A DNA stretch of 64,000 nucleotides from an uncultured delta proteobacterium (GTDB lineage: Bacteria > Myxococcota_A > Polyangia > Polyangiales > Polyangiaceae). Below are positions 52,996 to 64,000 of the stretch, piece by piece. The translations under genes were made by a program, and so were the position numbers. Within the stretch, counting starts at the first letter, position 1; every line of letters starts with the position of its first letter. The notes beneath the pieces were generated by a model. That model was not told the origin of the DNA, made no database searches, and saw nothing but the letters and a program-made list of their open reading frames with translations. Location of the stretch: positions 5,623,250-5,687,249 of the forward strand of contig CAWDXG010000004.1 in NCBI GenBank assembly GCA_963806225.1. The letters are read 5' to 3'.

Positions 52996-53548
52996 CGACT
53001 GCCGCCAGCATCTTCTGCACCGCGAGGCGCACCGAGGCCCGCTCGGCCGCCGTCGTCGTCAGCGCCGCCGGGAACACGATCAGCACCATGAAGGCGAGGA
53101 GCGTTGCGAGGAAGAAGGACGCGTCGCCGAAGCGCGCCACAAGATCGATCCCGAGCGCCGGACCGCTCTGGTGACCGAGGGCATCGAGAAAGAGGACCGC
53201 AACGAAGAACAGCGGCCAGGTGAGACCGAACCCCCACAAGAGCAGGTAGAACAGTCCGCCGAGGACCGTCCCCACGTTGCGCGCCGCCCGGCCCCACAGC
53301 GACAGCAACGGTCCCGGCGGGCGACCCAGGCGCGTGTACAGCTGTTCAGCCGCCGCGCGATCCGCGCTCTGTTGCCGCGCCGCCGCGCGCAGTTGCTGGT
53401 AGTCGCGCGGGACGGCGACCTGGCTCCGGCAGTACGGACATGTCGTCCAGCTGCCCTCGCCGAGCGGCACCGGTCCCTGGCACGAGGGGCAGAGCAGAGG
53501 GCGCGTCGCGAGGCTGGCGTCGGGCTCGAAGCGGGCAGGACCGGGGAG
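52996..53548 (-). pseudogene. Zinc-ribbon membrane protein fragment
   Basis: CPSC...CPYC then hydrophobic helices; in-frame TAG just upstream; 3' end runs out of frame into the WD40 fragment. Confidence 0.55.
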
Positions 53549-53737
53549 CTACATGGAAGGACGACCAGCGAGCATACAGACGAGGGCGCCTCCGCGGAGC
53601 ACGGACGACACTTCCCCACATATCGGGCTTGCGGGCGAATCGCCGTTCCAAGCGGAGACGCTTCCGTGATCCGCGCGATCGAGGTACAGTTCAAGGTCGC
53701 CGTCGTGTCAACTCCCGCGGGGCGGAGGAGCAGCCAT

Positions 53738-56700
53738 ATGAACCGGAACCGTATTCTTCCTTCGCTGTGGGTTGTCGTCTTCGTTGTTGCGGGAGCAGCG
53801 GGTTGCGGAGGAGTCCCCGACGTGACGCGATCGTCGGGTGGCGCGTTCGGCGACGCAGCGGGCGGCAGCGGCGGCTACGCAGGCGGCGCCGCGGGAGGGC
53901 CCACGGTCGGCTTCGATTCGGGCCCGGACGCGACTCCGGACTCGAGCACGCCGGATGCGTGCCAGGGCGGCTGCGACGCAGGCGCGGTGTGCGGCGACGG
54001 CAAGGTGACGGGCAACGAGACGTGCGACGACGGCAACACGATCCCGGGCGACGGCTGCTCGGGCGTTTGCACGATCGAGCCCGGATATGTGTGTCCCAAC
54101 CCTGGGCAGGCGTGCGTACCGCAGGGGCCGGTGTGCGGCGACGGCAAGGTGACGGGCAACGAGACGTGCGACGACGGCAACACCGCTGCGGGCGACGGCT
54201 GCGACACGAATTGCCAGGTGGAAGCGGGCTGGGCGTGCTCTACGCCGGGCCAGCCCTGCGTCAAGGTGAACCAGGGCAAGTGTGGCGACGGCGCTGTGAA
54301 CGCGGGCGAGCAGTGCGACGACGGCAACACCACCTCGGGTGACGGCTGCAGCTCCACCTGCCAGCTCGAAAATGGCTGGCTCTGCCCCACGCCGGGCCAG
54401 GCCTGCGTCAAGAACCAGTACTGCGGCGACGGAGTGGTCCAGCCCTCGAACAGCGAGCAGTGCGACGACGGCAACACCACGCCCGGCGACGGCTGCTCGG
54501 GCGTGTGCATGCAGGAACCTGGCTACACGTGTCCCACGCCGGGCAAGCCCTGCATCAAGATCTGGGTGTGTGGCAACGGCAAGGTCGACCCGGGCGAGAC
54601 CTGCGACGACGGCAACACCAGCGGAGGCGACGGCTGCTCGGCGGACTGCACGCAGGTCGAGCCGGGCTACACCTGCCCTGCCGCGGGCGGCCCATGCGCG
54701 CAGGTGCCGGCCAACACCTGCGGCGACGGCATCCTTTCCGGCACAGAGCAGTGCGACGACGGCAACACCCAGTCCGGCGACGGCTGCTCCAGCGCCTGCC
54801 AGGCCGAGCCCGGCTACAACTGTCCTACTCCGGGGAAGCTGTGCGTGCCCGTCGCGGTGTGCGGCAACAAGAAGCTCGAGGCCGGCGAGGGTTGCGACGA
54901 CGGCAACACCACGCCGGGCGACGGCTGCAGCGCCCAGTGCCAGATCGAGCCGAACTACACGTGCCCTACGCCGGGGCAGCCGTGCGTGTCGACGGTGGTG
55001 TGCGGCGACGGCGTCGTCGCGGGCAACGAGACGTGCGACGACGGCAACACCACTCCGGGCGACGGCTGCGACGCCTCGTGCCAGCTCGAGCCGGGCTGGA
55101 CGTGCCCGAATCCGGGTGCCCGCTGCGTGGCCAAGCAGTGCGGCGACGGCATCGTTGCGGGGCTGGAACAGTGCGACGACGGCAACACCACTCCGGGCGA
55201 CGGCTGCGACGCCTCGTGCCAGCTCGAGCCGGGCTGGGCGTGCGTGACGACGAACGGCAAGAGCACCTGCCACAAGACAACCTGCGGCGACGGCGTGAAG
55301 GAAGGCTTCGAGCAGTGCGACGACGGCAACCGGATTCCGTACGACGGATGCTCGCCCAGCTGCACTATCGAGCCGTCCTGCGCCAACGGCCAGTGCACTC
55401 CGGTGTGCGGCGACGGATTGAAGTTCCCGCAGGAGGAGTGCGACGACGGCAACACCCAGGACGGCGACGGCTGCAGCTCGACCTGCAAGATCGAGGCGGG
55501 CTGGACGTGCAACGTCGTCACGCAGGCGCCGCCGACGAAGCTCGTGATCCCGATCCTGTACCGCGACTTCCTCTACCGCGGCACGACGAGCCCCGGGCCC
55601 GGGCATCCCGATTTCCAGTGGAACATTGCCGCGGCTACGGGCCTCGTAAAGAACAATCTTGGAAGCGACGGCAAGCCTGTCTTCAACTCGTCGACCGGCA
55701 GCGGGACCACACCGCTCATCACCGACGCCACGTCCTTCTGCTGGTGGTACCACGAGAGCGGCTGTGCGGCGGGAGCAAACCCCTACGAGAAGCTTGTCTA
55801 CACCACCGACGGCACGCCGACCGGTCCACCGACGACGCTGACGCTCGCGCAGCAGGGCGGCGGCAACGTCTACCAGTTCGCCAGCTCCGCGTTCTTCCCG
55901 ATCGACGGCCTGGGTTGGGGCAACGTGCAGACGTACAACAACCACAATTTCTCGTTCACCAGCGAGCTCCGCTATCAGTTCACCTACCAGGGCACGGGCA
56001 CAGCGCCGGTCTTCGACTTCACAGGCGACGACGACGTGTACGTCTTCATCAATGGACAGCTGGCCGTCGATCTGGGCGGCGTCCACGGGGCGGAAAACGG
56101 CAGCGTCACGCTGGACGCGACGACGGCCACGAATCTGGGTCTGGTGGCGGGCGGCATGTACAGATCGCCGTCTTCCAGGCCGAGCGCCATACCACCCAGT
56201 CGAACTACCGGCTCACGCTGTCGAACTTCGTGCACGCGATCTCGCAGTGCACGACGACGTGCGGCGACGGCATCGTAGCGGGCAACGAGGTGTGCGACGA
56301 CGGCACTGCGAACAACACCGGTGGCTACGGCAAGTGCAACCCCAACTGCACGCGTGGAGCGTTCTGCGGCGACGGCACCGTGCAGAGCCCGCCGGAGCAA
56401 TGTGACGACGGCAGCAACACCGTCACCTACGGCGGCACGAGCAAGCAGTGCGGTCCGGGCTGCACCTGGGCTCCGTATTGCGGCGACAACGTGGTCTCGA
56501 ACGGCGAGCAGTGCGACGACGGTACCGCGAACAACACCGGCGGTTACGGCAAGTGCGGCCCGAACTGCACGCTCGGGCCGCGCTGCGGCGACGGCATCCT
56601 GCAGCCCGGCAACGGCGAGCAGTGCGACGACGGACCCAACAACGGCGCGACCAGCAGCGCTTGTCAGGTCGACTGCAAGCTCAAGTGCGGCAACGGAAAG

Positions 56701-57521
56701 ATCGACCAGGGCGAGGAGTGCGACAGCGGCACCGCGAACAACACCGGCGGCTACGGCAAGTGCAACCCCGACTGCACACTCGGCCCGCGCTGCGGCGACG
56801 GCGTGAAGAACGGCACCGAGCAGTGCGACGACGGCAAGAACGACGGCGGCTACGGCACCTGCAATCCCGGCTGCACGCTGGCGGACTATTGCGGCGACGG
56901 CAAGCTGACAAGCCCACCCGAGACCTGCGATCAGGGCAGCCAGAACAGTCCCACCGCCTATGGCCAGGGGTTGTGCACGACGGCGTGCAAGCCGGCGCCC
57001 TACTGCGGTGACAAGGCCGTGGACGGCGCGTTTGGCGAAAAGTGCGACGACGGCGTGAACAACGGCCAACCCGGCTCCTGCACCACCGACTGCAAGAACT
57101 TCGTGCCGCTCCAGAGTTGCGGCGACGGCCAGATAGAGCCGCCCGAGCAGTGCGACGACGGCAACGCCAACGGCACGCAGTCGAGCACCTGCGACGTGCA
57201 CTGCCGCTTCAAATGCGGCAACGGCTACAAGGACCGGGCGAGCAGTGCGACAACGGTGTCAACGACGGGTCGTACGGCACCTGCAACCCCGACTGCACAC
57301 TGCCGGACTACTGCGGCGACGGCATCAAGAACGGCCCCGAACAGTGCGACAACGGTTCGGCGAACCAACCCGCCTCCAGCGCCTACGGCGCCGGAACCTG
57401 CACGACCGCCTGCACATGGGCGCCCTACTGCGGTGACGGCCACGTACAATCGCAGTTCGGCGAGCAGTGCGACGGCGCGACCGGCTGCGGCGGCAACTGC
57501 CAATGGGCGGTGCCGAACTAG
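53738..57521 (+). CDS. Fibro-slime (PA14-like) lipoprotein with ~23 myxobacterial Cys-rich repeats; frameshifts at ~56161 and ~57235
   Basis: GGAGGAG ribosome-binding site, lipobox AAGC, CGDG.....E.CDDGN repeats, FTSE...FTGDDDVYVFING.LAVDLGGVH. Frame is restored by adding one C at each site. Confidence 0.85.
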
Positions 57522-57867
57522 CAGCCGGCGCGTCCGAATCTGGCCGTCGCGGCACGGATCGGCAAGCCGCGTGGAGCTTCCCGCAGCCGCCCACCCCGAG
57601 GCGCAGCGCGAGTACGGCCGGGCTCTGCAGCACTTTCGCCCGTTGCCGAGGCCGGCACGACTGCCCTAGGGTGGGCAGCCATGGTCCTCACCCCAGTGGC
57701 CGCTGCTCCGACAGATCGCGCGTCGTGCCGACGGCACGGGCGAAGAGGCGATGAGCGAAAAGACGCGCGCGCTCCGGGCACGCACGCAGGACGCCGAGGT
57801 TGCCGCCCCATCGCCCATTTTGTGCGGCCGGCTACGCGCCGATGCTCCGCCTCCGGAGCCGCGCCAG

Positions 57868-58143
57868 CTACCCGACAGCAACCGATCCGGGCGAGAAACC
57901 CGCGATGGACATCGCCCTCCCGGCGCCCCCGAACGCCTCACGTTGCGTGAACGAAAGCGGCGCTACGTCCGGCGTCCACGGTGAGCGGTAACAGCCGGGG
58001 CCTGCATCCGCCCCCGCGCTGCCCGCGGTTCCGCCGACACCGGCGCTTCCACCCGGCCCGGCGTCGCTGCCGCCCGTGCCCGCGGTGCCCGCGGTCCCGG
58101 CGGTGCCGCCCGTGCCGCCAGCCCCGCACGCCGAGTCGGCACG
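57868..58143 (-). pseudogene. Fragment of a Gly-linker lipoprotein
   Basis: GAGGTGGTAGTAG...DAGP linker with no signal peptide; its 5' end abuts direct repeat copy 2. Confidence 0.45.
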
Positions 58144-58303
58144 GCCTGCGCCTGCGCCGCTTCTCCCGCGCGCCGTGTAGGGTTGCCCCCGCGCGGCGCG
58201 GCACTCCACGGTGCGCCGCGCTGCCGCGCCGCGCGGGCCCGCCAAGGCCGGGCTCGCGCCCGGCCGGGGGCCCCACGCGGAGGAGCGCCGTGCTGGCGGC
58301 CGC
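58144..58303 (+). repeat. Direct repeat copy 2 (copA 3' end plus downstream DNA)
   Basis: Near-identical to 51553-51713. Confidence 0.9.
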
Positions 58304-58404
58304 CGCCGGCGGAGCGTCGCGCCGCCACCCCGCCACCAGCGCGAAGTAGCGGAGATCACGGCCCGGCCGCCCCGGCACGCCGGTTGCGCAGCTGCGCGCC
58401 GTGT

Positions 58405-58941
58405 CCACTCGCCACCCAGCTCGCGGACCTTCTGCGCCAGTCGGTCGAACCCGTAGCGCATGTCCACCGGCTCGGCGCACACGATGATCTGCACGTGCGC
58501 GGGATCGGCGCCGCCCTCCAGCGTCGCGACGATCCGTCGCAGGGCATCCGTGTCGAACGCACTCGGCACACGCAGTCGCTTGCCGTCCACGAGCTCGATC
58601 TCGATGCGCGCGTCGGCAGGCGCCGCCTGCACGACCACGAGCGACGACTCGTCGCGCGCCAGCGCAGCTGTCACCCGCTTCCGTCTCGGTCGCTGCTTTG
58701 AAGCCTTGGTCTGCCGGCCGTCGCCAGCGCCCTCGCCCCGCTCCCTCTTCAGCCGCCACTTCCAGTACGCGAGCGTCGCCGCGCTGATCCCAAGCTTGGC
58801 CGCGAACTCCTTCGACGTTAGCCCGCTATCCTGCCAGCGCTGGACGCGCTTCTCCCACTCCGCGCGCCCGACCCGCGCCCTCGCTCAACCATGCATCCCG
58901 ACGTAGCCGACCGCCGAGGGCTCGTCAGGAACGCGGGTTAC
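58405..58941 (-). mobile_element. IS66-family remnant (tnpA and truncated tnpB; no tnpC)
   Basis: W..RV.RWQDSGLT.KEFA..LGIS..TL.YW and IEIEL (TnpA); PVDMRYGFDRL (TnpB); GTAAC end at 58941. Confidence 0.8.
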
Positions 58942-59370
58942 CGACGGATACCACGGTGCAGCTTCGCGCCACGCGCACCGCGCCGGAACCGCGCGCCCCG
59001 GTCTGCCTGCGAGTCACCATGCTCACCTGGCGCGCGGCGCGGAGCATCGCCACAAGTCGCTGCGTAACAGCTTGGATTCCGGACGCCACCCCCCGATGAT
59101 GCCTACGCGCTACGCATCTTCCGGCGGGTTTTCCGCGCCTGTCCGTCCTGACTCTGTGTCGCCTTGCACGCTCGCGGTACACTTCCGGAATGGGGTTGGA
59201 CCTCCTGGCCTTCCGACCGGTGGCGTCCGCCGCTCCTCAGCTCAGGCTGCGCCTTGCCGATTTCTCGGCGTGTTTGAGGCAAGATGTTGGGAGTCAAGAC
59301 AGCTAGCGGTAGCGTAGGATGGTGACGAGGAACCCTCCTCAGCCGTCCGAGCGCTGCCCTTCATCGACCG

Positions 59371-60215
59371 ATGACGACCGTCGTCCTCCGCAAGTACCTG
59401 ATCGGCGAGCGCATCGGTATCGGCGCGTCGGCGACGGTCTTCGAACGCGGGTCATCCTCTCCAACGGCTCGATGCTGCCAGCGGAGCCCTGGACGCTCGC
59501 GGTCAAGCGCTTCCACGACTTCACCGTTTCGGATCCGGTGTTTCGCGAGCGCGCCCTCGCCCGGTTTGTCGAGGGAGCGACCATCAGTCGTCCCGGCATC
59601 GTCGAGGCATTCGAGATCGGCGAGGAGCAGGGTTCGCTCCATCTCGTCACGGCGCTGGCCGCCGGCCGTCCCTTGACGCAGCTGTTCCGGCCGCGTGGCG
59701 TACCTTACCAGGGCGGCTCGCGCCGATCGATCGCCCTGGTCGCGCTTGCGGCCGACGCGCTCGGATGCGCCCACGCCCGCGGGCTCGTGCACGGCTTCGT
59801 GCATCCGAACAAGATCGTCGTCTCTCCAGCTCATGATGGGGTTAAGGTCCTCGGGCTCGCCAGCGCCCGAGTGGCGGGCCGTTGCGGCTCCGGTCCGCTC
59901 GATGCGGAGGCGCGCTACCTGTCGCCCGAGGAGACTGGTGGGCACCGTGTGGACAGCCAATCCGACGTGTTCCGCCTCGGCACCATTCTGTGGGAGTTGC
60001 TCACCGGCCTGACGCTTGTCCCCGACGATACCGAAGAGCAGACGCTTCAGGCCCTGCATGACTGGACGGGCCTTGCCCCCGGGAGCGTCGCTTCGCGGAT
60101 CCCGGCTGGCATCGACGAGATCCTCGAGCGTGCGCTCCAGGCCGCACCGGGCGAGCGCTTCGCAGACGGCGCGGCGCTGGCCCGCGCCCTGCGTGCCTGT
60201 CTGCCCGCGCGCTAG
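59371..60215 (+). pseudogene. Ser/Thr kinase-like protein, frameshifted at ~59446 with degenerate catalytic motifs
   Basis: IGIGASATVF, AVK, YLSPEE, SDVF.LG..LWELLTG; HRD replaced by HGF and DFG by GLA. Confidence 0.75.
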
Positions 60216-60296
60216 CCCGGGCGTCCTTCACGCTCGGCCCAGAGCGGCAGACCGTGCCGGTTGCCATCGCGCTGCTCAGCGGCCGCTACCAGGTGC

Positions 60297-61767
60297 TCGT
60301 GCAAGGGCCGAGGCTTCTGTCCATCGTGTGCGGGCCGACGCATGGCGTCCACGGCCGCGGATCTCGTCGAGCACGTCCTGCCGCCCGCTGCGCCGCTGCG
60401 CCAGTGGGTACTCACGCTGCCGTTCGAGCTGAGAGCCCGGCTCGCCTACGACGGGGAGCTCTCGGGCGCGGTGTGCCGCGGGTTCGTCGACTCCGTGCTC
60501 GGCTTCTACCGACGCCGCCTCGGGGCGCACGGCATCCGCGCCGGCAAGGGCGGCGCGGTCACCGCCGTGCAACGGGTCTCGAGCGATCTGCGGCTCAATC
60601 CCCACTTCCACACGCTGGCGCTGGATGAAGTGTTCGCCGAAGACGAGGAGGGCGGCGAGCTCTCGTTCCACGCGCTGCCGTGTCTCACCAACGACAACGT
60701 CGCCGACCTCTTGCAAATCGCGCGCACGCGCATCCTCGCGCTCCTCCGTCGCAAGCGCGTGATCACCGACGACGCCGTCACGGCCGACGCCGCGCTCGGC
60801 GAGAGCGAGCCCGCGCTGGCAGAGCTCGCCGTCGCCTCGACGCTCGGCAGCGTGCCGGCAGGACCCGCGCTGCGCCGCCGCGAGCCCGTCCGGCTGCGCG
60901 ACGACCGCGGCCTGGAAGTCACCAAGGGTCTGTGCGCCGTGGAGGGCGGCTTCTCGCTCCATGCCGCCACTACCGCGAGCGCCAGCAACGTCGCGGGAAA
61001 GGAAGCCCTCTGCCGCTACATCCTCCGCCCGCCGATCGCCGCCGAGCGCGTCCAGCTCGTCGAGGGCGACCTCGTCCGCCTGGTGCTGAAGCGGCCGTTC
61101 AGCGACGGGACATTCGCCATCGATCTCAATCCGCTCTCGCTGCTCTGCCGGCTCGCGACGGCGGTGCCGCCCCCGCGCTTCAACACGGTGAGATACGCCG
61201 GCGTGCTCGCGGCGGCGAGCAAGTGGCGCGCGCGCATCGTGCCGCCGCTGCCACCGGAAACAGGCAGCGACGACGAGTGCGCGAGGTGCACCGCCAGGAA
61301 GGCCAAGCCGGCCACCCACCGCTCGGGCTATCGCCCGTGGGCGGAGCTCTTGAAGCGCTCCTTCCGCATCGAGGTCGAGCTCTGCAGCAAGTGCGGCGGA
61401 CGCTTGAAAATGCGCGCGCTGGTGATCACCGCCGCCGGCATCCGCCGCTACCTCCGCTGGCTCGGCGAGGCCAGCGAGCCGCCAACCCTCGCTCCCGCGC
61501 GGGGGCCGCCGCTCTTTTCGAGCCGCGTCATCCGCCGAAGGCTCGGTGAGCCCGTGCAGGCGGAGCTGTTCGACGCGCACTGAACGCGCCGTCGCCGGCG
61601 CACCGGTGCGCCTCGAGCGCGCTACCCGCCGCGACGCAGGCCCGACCGAGCGCCGAATGGCCACGCCGCAGCCTTCCTATCCGCCCTGGCAACCGCACCT
61701 GCTCCCTTGCCGCCCGGAGCCTGCGCGCCCTGGCGTCGCGGGCAGGACGCTCATGTTACCTACGCGC
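60297..61767 (+). mobile_element. IS91-like rolling-circle element with 5'-truncated Y2 transposase (stop at 61583)
   Basis: SCKGRGFCPSC Zn motif, RQWVLTLP, NPHFH (HUH), GFSLHA, LCRYILRPP, VRYAGVLA. Confidence 0.88.
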
Positions 61768-61831
61768 ACGCGCCCACGTTCTTCGTTGAGCTGTCTCACG
61801 CGACGTTGGCACACGGGGGGCCGGAGCATGC

Positions 61832-62899
61832 CTGGAGACCGTCTCTCTCGGCGGGAGCCAGACCTGCATGCTACTCCGCGACGGCCGGGTCGAGTGTATC
61901 GGCAATCCGGACCATCTCGGGTACCAGTCCCGTCCGGGCCAGAGCACCGAAGGTCGTAAGGTCGAGACGCGAGTGCGCTTTCGCGCGATCGACTCGGACT
62001 ATGAGACCTGCGGCATCTCGCGCGGCGCAGGCGAGCTGTGGTGCTGGGGAAAGCGCAGCGCGCTCCCGAAGCGGGAGGCCGCCTTCGGTCGGGACTTGCA
62101 GCAGGTTTCGGTGAGTCTGAAGGACATCTGCGTCGTCAAGCGTGGCGGGGAGGTCTGGTGCGCCTCGCGCGCCCCGCGCGTCTTGGTGCCTCGCAAGGTT
62201 TTCGACGGCGCAAAGCAGGTTGTCACATCGGGATACCTGACGTGCGCGACACGAAAGGGCAACGTGTGGTGCTGGGGAACCAACACCTACGGCCAGCTCG
62301 GCGAGGCTTCGTCACACCCAGTGATGGCGGGTCGCCGGCGAAGCTACCACCTGGCAAGGTCAAGGGGCTGCCTCGCCCCGCAAAGAAGCTGGTAGTTGGC
62401 GTGATCACAGCCTGCGCGTTGCTCGTCGACAACACGCTGTGGTGTTGGGGTGACGCGAGTCGGGGCTTCCTCGCGGATGGTCGGTTCCAGCCGTCGAACA
62501 TGGGCCCACACGCGCCACCGCCGGCCCTCGCGCTTGTCCCACGGAAGATCCCGTTGGGGAAGAAGGTCAAGGATGTTCCGAGCGACCCTGGATGCGCGCT
62601 CCTGGAAGACGGCACGGTATGGGCCTGGGGGCCAGCAGGCGGCGGCTTGATGATGGGGAAACCATCGACAGTGGTCACGGACTCCACCGGGGGCCACTCG
62701 AGGTTCGTGGGACACCCGGTGGAGCTCGATCGACTCGGTTCCGACAACCAGCACATCTATTCGGGCGGACTGTCTCGATGCGTGTTGAAGCGGAACCGGA
62801 AACTCGTCTGTTGGGGTGAAAACGGAGCGGCAAATCAAGCCGAACGGACACAAAGGGGCGCTCGGTCCAACCGAAGTGCACTCCGCGTGTGGCGACTGA
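61832..62899 (+). pseudogene. RCC1-repeat protein, 5'-truncated and frameshifted (~62304, probably ~62830)
   Basis: TC....G.VWCWG.N.YGQLG repeats split over two frames. Confidence 0.7.
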
Positions 62900-62920
62900 T
62901 AGACGACACTGCCGCCGAAG

Positions 62921-63757
62921 CTATGCTGAGCCGGGCGAGAAGATGAAGCGCGCCACGACCACCGCGCTCGGCTTGCCGGGCGGCGCGAACCTCAGGCGGT
63001 ACATCTGGCGTTCGACGCAGGACACCACCAATGGATCAGGCAAGTCCGTGCCGCTGCTGCTCACGTTCGCCACCGAACCGTCCGTCGAGATGACGAGGCG
63101 GATCCCGACTCGGCCGTGGAGATCGCGGTTTCGATCCAATCCCAGCAAGTAGCACTGCCGGAAGGTCTCGAGCCGCTGCGCCAGGACCTTCTTCGACGGA
63201 GTGACCGAGAGTCCGCCCGCATCGAGCGAACTTAATCGCACCGCGGGCGAAAACGGCTTGGGCTCGACCGCGCCCAATCGCACCGCGGGCGAGGAGGGCC
63301 TGGGCTCGAGTACCTGCAAGCTCGCACCTCGTACGGCCAAGCCGGCGACGCGCAGCACGTCGGCTGCGCGTATGTCCGGACTCGCGCCAATCAAGAGGTC
63401 ATATTCGTCGGGCGCGCCGCCCGAGGAGCTGCAAGGCCAGGCATTCCAACCCCATTCCCGAAGTGTTCGCCGAGCGGCCCACGCGAGACAGTGGAGTCCG
63501 GGTCGGCGGCAGGGATCCGCGCGGACAAGCTGGTGGAAGGGCGTAACCACCTGGAATCAGTGGACATAACGCTCGATCCACGAAGTCGTCCCCGGGCTAT
63601 GCTGGACCCAGCGGTCCAAGTGATTCCGGAGCGCTACGAAGACGACAAGAGCGACCAGGCCAAGGAGGAGAAGGGCCCGCCATAGCCTGAGTGGCCACCA
63701 CGCGCTCGGACTGACTGCCCAAGTCGAACCGCGAACGGGAGCTGGCCTATTACCCAT
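62921..63757 (-). pseudogene. Membrane-anchored AgmX/PglI (TonB-C-like) domain protein with in-frame TGA at 63557-63559
   Basis: FRQCY..GL..N..L.GRV......DGSV........LPD..V.SCV......RF..P; the upstream transmembrane ORF is in the same frame. Confidence 0.65.
63234..63309. repeat. Two imperfect tandem copies with 42-bp period
   Basis: AATCGCACCGCGGGCGA...GGGCTCGA at 63234 and 63276. Confidence 0.75.
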
Positions 63758-64000
63758 CTACAAGATCCCGCAATATGTCTTTCCTGTCTTTGTATTATTC
63801 GCACTCCTTGCAGAGTGGGTCCATATCCATCCCCACCGTCGAATTATTTCCACACTGCAATCGTGTTCGAGAGGTGTTGGCAAGGCTTTCCATCCGACGA
63901 AGCAAGTGTTGAACTGCGAGGCATGACGAAGGCCGCCAACGACACGAGCCACCTGGGATGCAAGCCGTGATCGAGCTTCAAGCTCGACTCGCGAAACTGA

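Noticed and set aside
53989..57500. Recurring TGCGACGACGGCAAC motifs as CRISPR or DGR repeats
   Set aside because: They are in-frame CDDGN protein repeats; no cas or reverse transcriptase genes are present.
63758..63952. 64-aa minus-strand ORF
   Set aside because: Short, atypical composition, no motif.

Overview
GC-rich bacterial chromosome segment, most likely Myxococcota (Polyangiales-like). This is inferred from myxobacterial Cys-rich CGDG repeats, a fibro-slime protein, an AgmX/PglI-type C-terminal domain and many Gly-linker lipoproteins. Left to right: an envelope/lipoprotein operon; an alpha/beta-hydrolase divergent from two tandem LuxR paralogues; a perfect 16-bp inverted repeat ahead of a ccsA-hemA-hemC-lpxK-like run; an orphan gcvPB; a phosphoesterase and two arylsulfotransferase lipoproteins; two tRNA-Ser genes; TetR; guaB; a CDF transporter; CesT-like/PspA; and rpmH-rnpA-yidD-yidC-jag without dnaA. 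Where dnaA normally lies there is a 792-aa fusion of maleylacetate reductase and homogentisate 1,2-dioxygenase, divergent from a GST, two CoA ligases and a citrate-synthase-like gene. This is the best candidate for an undescribed pathway. Next come a beta-barrel/cytochrome c pair and a Thermus-like copZ-csoR-copA operon. From about 51.6 kb the window is a rearranged, decaying accessory region: a duplicated copA 3' end, IS91-like and IS66 remnants, gene fragments, and several 1-bp deletions that may be sequencing errors. All product calls come from motif recognition by eye; no database search was run.
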